A DNA stretch of 14,919 nt from Octopus sinensis (GCF_006345805.1 NW_021825611.1:1-14919), one strand, 5' to 3'. Shown: positions 1 to 8,425, counted from the stretch's first letter. Numbers and translations: made by a program. Notes: a model not told the origin generated them from the letters alone.

Positions 1-187
1 TATAACTCAGTGGCTCTCAATCATGGTTCATGTGACCTTTGGAGGTCCATAAAAGAATTTGTTGTTAAAATCCAAGTGCAATAAAATTACAATAATCCGT
101 CGTCACATCGCGGTTCACCTATCGCGGTTTATCATTTAATCTTCCTAATAATATTTAATTACAAAAATACAATAGGATTTATGAACA

Positions 188-567
188 GTAGGAGTGGCTG
201 TGTTGTAAGTAGCTTGCTAACCAACCACATGGTTCTGGGTTCAGTCCCACTGCGTGGCATCTTGGGCAAGTGTCTTCTGCTATAGCCCCGGGCCGACCAA
301 AGCCTTGTGAGTGGATTTGGTAGACGGAAACTGAAAGAAGCCTGTCGTATATATGTATATATATATATGTGTGTGGTGTATATGTTTGTGTGTCTGTGTT
401 TGCTGGTGTGTTTACGTCCCCGTCAATTAGCGGTTCGGCAAAAGAGGTCGATAGAATAAGTACTGAGCTTACAAAAGAATAAGTCCCGGGGTCGATTTGC
501 TCGACTAAAGGCGGTGCTCCAGCATGGCCGCAGTCAAATGACTGAAACAAGTAAAAGAGTAAAAGAG
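188..567 (+). mobile_element. tRNA-derived SINE, family A, copy 1
   Basis: A-box-like TGGCTGTGTTGTAAG and B-box-like GGTTCAGTCCC head, internal (TA)/(TG) linker, (GTAAAAGA)n-type tail. Near-identical to 10406-10810 and to the reverse complement of 11137-11510. Confidence 0.88.
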
Positions 568-708
568 AGCAAATGTCTCTGGAGGCCCAGTAGAATAAAA
601 TAGGGATCAAATGGGTCCAGAGGCTAAGAAAAGGATCTAAAACATGATTTTTAAAACTTTTTCGTTCTCATTCCCTTCTCTTTCTCTCTTTCTCGTATTC
701 ACACACAG

Positions 709-889
709 GAGGTGATGTGCTTATTTTGACCGGCAATAACCTCAATGACCCTTTCAAACTGCAAATCGGCCGGGTTCCGGCCAACATAATGGCCAGTAAT
801 TCTACGAATGTAATAGCGAAATTACCGCCTCAAGGTCCAGGAATCCACGACATTCAACTCACCATTGGAAATGGTTTCGCTGCCATAAG
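709..889 (+). CDS. PKHD1L1: Fibrocystin-L (PKHD1L1)-like gene, internal exon 1 of window (C-terminal part of an IPT/TIG domain)
   Basis: Pyrimidine tract and CAG acceptor (707-708), open frame (G)GDVLILTGNNLNDPFKLQIGRVPANIMASNSTNVIAKLPPQGPGIHDIQLTIGNGFAAI, donor AG|GTAACA at 890. 181 nt, phase 1 in and phase 2 out, matching the next exon. Not in the ORF track. Confidence 0.85.
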
Positions 890-960
890 GTAACAACTAC
901 AGACATTTCTTCCCAGTTCTACCGCTTTTTGCACTACGAATGCTGTAAAACTCTTTTGCG

Positions 961-2230
961 TACATACATACATACATACATACATACATACATACATACA
1001 CACATACACACATACATACATACACACATACACACATACATACATACATACATACACACATACATACATACATACATATATACATATATATATATATACA
1101 TACATACATACATACATACACACATACATACATACACACATACACACATACATACATACATACATACATACATACATACATACATACATACATACACACA
1201 TACACACATACATACATACACACATACACACATACATACATACATACATACATGCATAAGACATACATACAACATACAACATACATACATACATACATAC
1301 ATACATACATACATACATACATACACACATACATACATACATACATACATACATACATACATACATACATACACACATACATACATACATACATACACAC
1401 ATACATACATACATACATACATAGATACATACATGCATACATACACACATATACATACACACATACATACATACATACATACATACATACATGCATACAT
1501 ACATACATACATACATACATACATACACACATACATACATACATACATACATACATAGATACATACATGCATACATACACACATATACATACACACATAC
1601 ATACATACATACATACATACATAGATACATACATGCATACAACACACATATACATACACACATACATACATACATACATACATACATACATACATACATA
1701 CATTACAATAAATACATACATACAACGCACATACATACATACATACATACATACATACATACAACATACATACATACATACACACATACATACATACATA
1801 CATACACACATACATACATACATAACATACATAGATTACATACATGCATACATACATACATACATATATACATACATATATACATATATATATATACATA
1901 CATACATACATGCATACATACATACATGCATACATACATACATACATACATACATACATACACACATACACACATACATACATACATAATACATACATAC
2001 ATACATACATACACACATACACACATACATACATACATACATACATATATACATACATACATATATATATATACATACATACATACACACACACGTACAT
2101 ACATACATACATACATGCATACATACATACATACAAGCTTACGTACATATATACATACATACATGCATACAGACAGACAGACACACACACGCACACACAC
2201 ACACAGAGACACACACACACAGACAGACAT
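961..2230. repeat. Large compound (TACA)n microsatellite with TA, CA and CAGA variants
   Basis: Directly visible. It fills most of intron 1 and is the source of the IHTY/MYVC pseudo-ORFs. Confidence 0.97.
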
Positions 2231-2496
2231 ATAAATATAGGTATTTTTATCACCTGTCGACGATTGCAGGCGGCACTAATAATCTTTACACTTTCATCCA
2301 GGCTGAATTACATTCAAAATACCGAAAACAGGTCGCATTCTAAGAGACATCGTCTTAGATAATTCCTAAGAAAAGGGGCCATTGAAAATATGCTCCAATG
2401 ATTCAATGACTTCTCATAGAAAGAATCTTTAGAACCATTCCTAGGAAGTTCTAATCTTCCTTTAACCATTTTCTTCTTTTCTCACTCCATTTTCAG

Positions 2497-2745
2497 TTCT
2501 CCAATCAAAGCCATTGACCAAACGCTGTATGTCAGTAACGTAAGTCCAAGAAAGGGTTCGATGTTCGGAGGGACCCGTCTTACAATTACTGGCAATGGTT
2601 TCCTAGTGGATAAAGGTCTCATCCACATAAAAGTTGGGGAGGACACGGCGTGTGAAGTGGAGGATTATTCCAACACCTGGATCAGGATGTACTTTACAAT
2701 ATACTGGCAAAACCCACAAAGTTACAAACCAAGGGATTCATTCAA
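2497..2745 (+). CDS. PKHD1L1: PKHD1L1-like exon 2 (TIG domain and start of cupredoxin-like insert), with a +1 frameshift near 2685
   Basis: TTTCAG acceptor at 2495-2496. Reads SSPIKAIDQTLYVSNVSPRKGSMFGGTRLTITGNGFLVDKGLIHIKVGEDTACEVEDYSNTWIR, then after one extra base CTLQYTGKTHKVTNQGIHS. Donor A|GTAAGC at 2746. SPxxGSxxGGTxLTITGNGF is the TIG signature. Confidence 0.88.
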
Positions 2746-2809
2746 GTAAGCAAAACGAATTTGGTCCTTCACAATCTATCTTACACAACATTCACTTGTT
2801 ATATCGTGA

Positions 2810-2811
<2 letters not shown>

Positions 2812-2876
<65 letters not shown>

Positions 2877-2991
2877 GAGTGAAAGAGCAGTGCATGCCAT
2901 CAAAGTGACACTGGGGTAAAATATACGAAGCCCAGTATACCCATCATGACTACCCATCTGATAAGGGTACACCAGGCACATGCATCACAAC

Positions 2992-3043
<52 letters not shown>

Positions 3044-3154
3044 GAGTGAGAGAGCAGTGGATGCAAAGTGACACTGGGGTAAAATATACGAAGCCCAGTA
3101 TACCCATCATGACTACCCGTCTGATAAGGGTACACTAGGCACATGCATCACAAC

Positions 3155-3245
<91 letters not shown>
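2812..3245 (-). mobile_element. Two tandem copies of a 113-117-bp element (2877-2993, 3044-3156), each flanked by (TAA)n arrays
   Basis: The two units are near-identical direct repeats, separated and flanked by (ATT)n tracts at 2812-2876, 2993-3043 and 3156-3245. Strand inferred from a presumed (AAT)n tail. Confidence 0.7.
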
Positions 3246-3247
<2 letters not shown>

Positions 3248-3466
3248 GGCGGCAAGCTGGCAGAAACGTTAACACGCCAGGCGAAATGCTTAGCAGTATT
3301 TCGCCTGTCTTTGTGTTCTGAGTTCAAATTCCGCTGAGGTCGACTTTGCCTTTCGTCATGTCGGAGACCGATAAAGATAAGTGCCAGTAAAGCCCTGGTG
3401 TTGATATAATCAACTTGACCCCTCCCCTCAAAATTTCAGGTCTTGTGTCTACAACAGAAAGGATTC
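3248..3466 (+). mobile_element. tRNA-derived SINE, family B (full-length copy)
   Basis: GGCGGCAAGCTGGCAGAAACGTTA head, B-box-like GAGTTCAAATTCC, central GAGGTCGACTTTGCCTTTC...CGATAAA motif. Homologous pieces at 3474-3590, 3853-3965 and 14131-14275. Confidence 0.8.
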
Positions 3467-3473
3467 TTACAAA

Positions 3474-3965
3474 GTGAGAGATTGGCAAAATTGCTAGAGT
3501 GTCGGACAAAACTCCTTGTGCTGTTGTTTGTCCTGGATTTTCACGCTCTGAGTTCGAATCCCATCAAGAGACCAACTTTATTTCTTATCAGTAAAACACA
3601 ATTCCTTTGAGCCGTTTTGGTTAAAAAGAGACGATGAGCGATGGCTAGAAGGATATTGAGTTTAACTTCATAACCAGCTGATCTAGCAAGCGAGGCCTCA
3701 TATCAGTGAGGGGGTGGGCGGTGCGCATTGATGCCGCCGAGAGGTAGGCCCCGAAACGGCGCGCATTCTCTCCTGATGACGCCATACACTTGCTGGCTTC
3801 CGGTATACGGTAGCACTTGCATGTGCAAGTTGTTTGCACGACATCTAGCGTGTTTTGAGTCGATAAACTAGAGTACCAGTCAAATACTGGGGTCAATTTA
3901 ACTGAGTACCCCACCCCCCACCTCCTTCTCCTCCCAAATCTCAGGTCTTGTGTTTTCATTGGAAA
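3474..3965 (+). mobile_element. Old family B SINE split in two (head about 3474-3590, tail about 3853-3965) by an insert
   Basis: Degenerate head with GAGTTCGAATCCC B-box ending at GAGACCAACTTT. Tail resumes at TTTTGAGTCGATAAACTAGAGTACCAG...ACTGGGGTCAAT...CTCAGGTCTTGTG, collinear with the intact copy at 3248-3466. Confidence 0.62.
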
Positions 3966-3988
3966 CGTTTCTATATTTCGTTGGCCAG

Positions 3989-4174
3989 AATTCGGCGCCG
4001 GGTACAAGTGGGAGCCGACTAAATTGGATGTGATCGTCGGTGATGAGGTGAAATGGGGTTGGTCAGTGCAACAATGGCTGAAGAGAACCAAATTCCAAAT
4101 ACAACAAACGTCAGAACAATTCCGAGACGAACCGATGCCCGGAGGATTCTTCAGTGGAAACAAAACGGCAAACG
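3989..4174 (+). CDS. PKHD1L1: PKHD1L1-like exon 3 (cupredoxin-like domain, first half)
   Basis: CCAG acceptor at 3987-3988, (K)FGAGYKWEPTKLDVIVGDEVKWGWSVQQWLKRTKFQIQQTSEQFRDEPMPGGFFSGNKTAN, donor G|GTAGGA at 4175. 186 nt, phase 1/1. Confidence 0.88.
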
Positions 4175-4206
4175 GTAGGAGTATCTTGTTTTTCTTTGGA
4201 CTTTCT

Positions 4207-4744
4207 TGGTGGTGGTGGTGTTGTTGGTGATGGTGGTGACGGTGGCGGCAGTGGCGGTGGTGGTGGTGGTGATGACAGCGGCAGTGGAGGTTGTAGCGGT
4301 GGTGGTGGTGGTGACGGCAGCGGCGGTGGAGGTTGTAGCGGAGGTGGTGGTGGTGGTGGCGGCAGTGGCGGTGGTGGTGGCGGTGGTGGTGGTGGTGGTG
4401 GTGGTGGTGGTGACAGTAGCGGTGGTGGTGGCGGCAGTGGCGGTGGTGGTGGTGGTGGTGGCGGTGGTGGTGGTGGTGGTGGTGGTGGTGGTGACAGTAG
4501 CGGTGGTGGTGGCGGCAGTGGCGGTGGTGGTGGTGGTGGTGGCGGTGGTGGTGGTGGTGGTTGGTGGTGGTGGTGGTGGTGGTGGTGGTGACGACAGCGG
4601 CGGTGGAGGTTGTAGTGGTGGTGGTGGTGGTTGACAGTAGCGGTGGTGTGGCGGCAGTGGCGTGGTGGTGGTGGTGTGGCGGTGGTGGTGGTGGTGGTGA
4701 CGACAGCGGCGGTGGAGGTCCGTAAGGTGGTGGTGGTGGTGGTG
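4207..4744. repeat. (GGT)n-based G-rich tandem array
   Basis: Directly visible. GGT/GGC units with GACAGTAGC and GGCAGT interruptions. Confidence 0.96.
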
Positions 4745-5037
4745 TGAGATTGAGGATTTTATTTTTATATATATATATATATATAAATATACATAGAGTA
4801 GATGAAACCTTTAGCGACTGAAGAAGGGGTTTTTTCTTTGTGTTAATTGTCCTGTACTCCGTTTTTTGTTGTTTTTAAAAAAATGTCCTGTTCCTTTGGT
4901 TTGTGTCTATGTTTCGTTTCTCATTGTGTTCGACGTCCCCTTGGTGTCTGTACTCATATATGCGTGTATATGTACATGTAGAGGTAGGTACGTACATATA
5001 TGTTTATATATATGCATATGTTTTATTTATTAATTTA

Positions 5038-5050
5038 TTATATATATATA

Positions 5051-5090
<40 letters not shown>

Positions 5091-5091
5091 T

Positions 5092-5144
<53 letters not shown>

Positions 5145-5146
5145 TA
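5038..5146. repeat. (TA)n microsatellite
   Basis: Directly visible. Confidence 0.95.
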
Positions 5147-5239
5147 GGGTGTGTGTGTGTTTATAGAGTAAGGCAGTTGCTGTTAAACAAGCCTCGAACT
5201 CCATGTTTTCCTTATTTTCATTTTATTCCTTATCCGCAG

Positions 5240-5419
5240 GTGGTTTTACCCATCATTTTACCAAGCCGGGTACCTATTTTTACTGGGGTGGCCCGCGTGA
5301 TGACGTCACAATTGTGGAAATGCGGGGAGAGGTCAACGTGAAACCCAGGAAACAATCGATGGAGAAAATCACAGTCGTAGTCTCTGGTTTTGAGGCAGAA
5401 TATCGGGTTAATAGTACAG
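5240..5419 (+). CDS. PKHD1L1: PKHD1L1-like exon 4 (cupredoxin-like domain, second half)
   Basis: CGCAG acceptor at 5238-5239, (G)GFTHHFTKPGTYFYWGGPRDDVTIVEMRGEVNVKPRKQSMEKITVVVSGFEAEYRVNST, donor G|GTGAGT at 5420. 180 nt, phase 1/1. Resembles recalled human PKHD1L1 SGSFSYQFTSPGIHYYSSG. Confidence 0.9.
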
Positions 5420-5537
5420 GTGAGTGTACCGTGTCGATAACCCCGGTGACGGGTATCGCTTTCATAGTACAGGTGAAGATATCTTGTTAATATTGCAGGT
5501 GACTGTATGGTGTAGTATAATGGGCGTTACGTATACA

Positions 5538-5558
5538 GTGCGTGTGCGTGTGTGTGTT

Positions 5559-5605
<47 letters not shown>

Positions 5606-5883
5606 GAAATGAATATCTGAGATACTTTGCTCGAAGCAGAAACTGCTGGACGCTTTGCATGCAAACTCTTCTCCTGGTGGTAACTAAAGCTATATATAAA
5701 TGCATACATACACACACACATACATACATACATCATTCATACATACATACATACATACATACATACATACATACATGCACACACACATACATACATATGG
5801 CCATGCATACATGCATACATACATACATACATACATACATACATACACATACATACATATGCCCATGCATACATACAAACATA
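5538..5883. repeat. (TG)n tract (5538-5606) and (TACA)n tract (about 5701-5883)
   Basis: Directly visible. Confidence 0.93.
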
Positions 5884-7316
5884 CTTTCTGTAAACCCATT
5901 GTCATTCATGTTAAGGAAGTCTGAAGGAGATCTCACTGGTTCACAAGGAAACAGAAATACCAAAATCGAATACTGTTTCTTTGTGGAGACTTGAAACTTT
6001 ATGCAAAGAATATGCATGAGATGAAAAAGAGCCTTGACCTAGTTAGAACATTCTCAAAGGATGTAGGGTTGGAGTTTGGTCAGGATAAATGTTGTTATAT
6101 GGTTGTGAAAAGGGGTAAACTATAAACCAGACTAATAACATCTCCATCCATGATATGACTGTTTCCCCTGGATCTGACGAGGAATGTTACAGGTACCTAG
6201 GGGTGGATGAACATATATATCTTACAATAGCACCTGTAACAAAACACGTGTCACTAAAGAATATTACAGCCGAATAAAGAAAATTTGGACCTCAGAACTC
6301 TGTGCATTCAATAAAACAGTGGCCCAAAATGTATTTGTTTATAGAGCCAGGACTCATACCTACATTTAGGCTGCTTGATTGGGCGCTTGATGAGATCCGA
6401 GCCTTTGATGTGAAAACCCGAAAAATACTAACAAGCACACATAATTTCCACATAAACAATGACGTAGACGGCTTCTACCTAAACCGAAAACAAGACGGCA
6501 GAGGTTTGACATCGATCCAAAATGCCTTTGAATGCCGTAGCATATCCCTTCGGCAAAATCTTTTAACCATAAAGTGTCGAATTGCATCCTTTGACCAAGT
6601 TTGCATACATGAGGCTGGTAACATCATAAGGCAGCTCCTTGAGCAACAATCTTTGTCTGATAACCTAGAATACATGCCCAAAGAAGTCGCACGACTCTAC
6701 CGCAACGTATCATCAGATGAAAGGATGAGTCTATGTGAGCAGAAGACTATGCAAGGATATGTTAGTAGAAAGCTCCGTGGTGATAGTAACATCGATCATC
6801 AAAGCAGTTTATTCTGGACTAATAGCCGGATTACTACCTCCCAATTTGAACGGTATGCGTTTGCAATCCAGGAACAGAAAATATCAACCAAATACCTGGT
6901 GCACAAAAGGGATAGATATGCAGGAAAAGCAGTAAAATGTGATAACCGATGCAGACTTTGTGGAGTTCATACTGAAGATATCACCCACATCATAAGCAAT
7001 TGTCCGAAAATGTCATCACGGTATTATCTACATGATGTTGTAGCTAGGACACTATATAATGAAATCTGTCGGAAGGATAATCCCGAGGATAAAGAAATAA
7101 GAACCCACAGTATGGTAGAAGTCATGTCCACTCATAATAGAAAGGAATACTGGTGGTATATCACAGTGAAGACCTCAACAAAATGTAAGCACCACTGACC
7201 TGATATAATGATTTGGGATAGAGAAGAGAAACTGTATATAGTTGTGGAAATTAGCTGCCAGTGGATGTTAACATAAAGCTGACGATCAGTGAAAAAGAAT
7301 ACCTACACTGAACTAT
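5881..7316 (+). mobile_element. Decayed internal fragment of an RLE-type non-LTR retrotransposon (R4/Dong-like): late RT, CCHC knuckle and PD-(D/E)xK nuclease
   Basis: Frameshifted FV(D)DLKLYAK catalytic motif near 5980, FSKDVGLEFGQDKC, YRYLG, DVDGFYLNRKQDGRGL, CRLCG...HIISNC (6950-7003), HDVVAR, and after a stop at 7196-7198 PDIMIWDREEKLYIVVEISC. Several frameshifts and stops. The ORF trace is truncated at both ends. Confidence 0.88.
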
Positions 7317-7330
7317 TTTCTTTAATAACT

Positions 7331-7427
7331 GGCATCTCTGAAGAGCGCGGGAGTATATAATAAGCTGTTATCTAACATCCCGTTGAACCCCTTGTGTGAA
7401 ACCGATTGGTAAGATCAGTGATAAGTG
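7331..7427 (+). ncRNA. Degenerate type I hammerhead ribozyme motif (probably inactive relic)
   Basis: CTGAAGA (7338-7344), stem II GCGCGGG/CTTGTGT, GAAA (7398-7401), stem III ACCGATT/GATCAGT. Cleavage triplet is GTG rather than NUH, and stem I is poorly paired. Confidence 0.55.
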
Positions 7428-7516
7428 ATATATAATACTGTACACTGCGATTAATATAAATATTATATATATAAACTAATTAATAAAATTGTAAAACATA
7501 TATCTGTTTTCAACAG

Positions 7517-7867
7517 ACACTCCAGCTTCCCCAGGAAATGACAGCTGCAAAGCAAGTGATTCGGTTATTGGCAGTTGTAACGAAATCCCTCTCACCTCGA
7601 AGCCGGACAACTTCTATTTCCACTTCTCTGAATGCAGTACCCCAGTGGTGAAATCAATGACCCCTAGTGAAGGGACCAGTATGGATAAGATAACAATCAA
7701 AGGTAACCGTTTGTCAAAGGTCAGCTGCGAAAACATTGTGAAGTTCGGACAATACATATGCCCCACGATTGAAGAGAGTGACACGAAGATTGCTTGTAAG
7801 ATTGAAACGAAAAAGACTTTCCCGATTGGAATACTTGTACCACTTACTTTAAAAATCGCCAACAGAG
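7517..7867 (+). CDS. PKHD1L1: PKHD1L1-like exon 5 (Cys-containing linker and TIG domain)
   Basis: AACAG acceptor at 7515-7516, (D)TPASPGNDSCKASDSVIGSCNEIPLTSKPDNFYFHFSECSTPVVKSMTPSEGTSMDKITIKGNRLSKVSCENIVKFGQYICPTIEESDTKIACKIETKKTFPIGILVPLTLKIANR, donor G|GTGAGT at 7868. 351 nt, phase 1/1. Confidence 0.9.
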
Positions 7868-7984
7868 GTGAGTGGGTCCTTTATTTTATTGTTGTTGCTG
7901 TTGTTCTTGCTTAGCCCCTATATTTTACAAACGACCCTTATATTTTACAGGCAACCACTACTATTTTTGAGAGATATTATAATA

Positions 7985-7988
<4 letters not shown>

Positions 7989-8039
<51 letters not shown>

Positions 8040-8217
8040 GCGATATATATATATATATATATGATGCAGCACGAAGCTTTGTCAGTGAACAGGTCGCGGT
8101 CTCAATGCGACGAAAATATTTTGACAAATTAAATTTAAATGTTGAAGTGAATCTAACGGTTTTGTGTTTTCTTAGATGGCTTATAAACACCTTCCACGCT
8201 GCAATTGTTATACATAC

Positions 8218-8268
<51 letters not shown>

Positions 8269-8287
8269 AATATATATATATATATTA

Positions 8288-8354
<67 letters not shown>

Positions 8355-8376
8355 TATATACATATATTATATGTAT

Positions 8377-8411
<35 letters not shown>

Positions 8412-8425
8412 GCACACACATATAT
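7989..8425. repeat. (TA)n microsatellites (about 7989-8081 and 8209-8425)
   Basis: Directly visible. Confidence 0.93.

Noticed and set aside
179-610. 143-aa minus-strand ORF with homologues at 10275-10631, 10391-10621, 11133-11333 and 14330-14713
   Set aside because: These are antisense readings of family A SINE copies. The apparent paralogy is repeat-derived and the frames differ between copies.
8-645. Possible hAT-type MITE (starts CAGTGGCTCTCAA) interrupted by SINE copy 1
   Set aside because: Only a 5' TIR-like sequence is visible. I could not identify a convincing 3' TIR or an 8-bp target duplication.
854-2362. Numerous long ORFs (up to 439 aa) reading IHTY or MYVC
   Set aside because: They are translations of the stop-poor (TACA)n array inside intron 1, with no complexity or splice evidence.
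2812-3245. Repeat-spacer-repeat layout reminiscent of a CRISPR array
   Set aside because: The spacers are simple (ATT)n tracts and the units are about 115 bp. The context is a eukaryotic intron with no cas genes.
3739-3800. GAAA and CTGATGA motifs suggesting a hammerhead ribozyme
   Set aside because: Only 16 nt separate GAAA from CTGA, too few for a type II layout. For type III there is no UH before the GAGAG stem and no GAAA after the next stem. HDV-like and twister patterns also did not fit by eye.
4154-4634. Poly-Gly and poly-Val ORFs resembling a glycine-rich protein or extra exon
   Set aside because: They come from the (GGT)n array. Exons 3 and 4 already join in phase with a continuous domain, and no acceptor/donor pair supports an extra exon.
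4801-4840. GAAAC...CTGAAGA as a second hammerhead
   Set aside because: The order and the 10-nt spacing cannot accommodate stems I and III, and no downstream GAAA closes a stem II.
6302-7198. 298-aa ORF as a functional nested gene
   Set aside because: It is an internal piece of a decayed LINE ORF, with frameshifts upstream and a stop before the PD nuclease motif.
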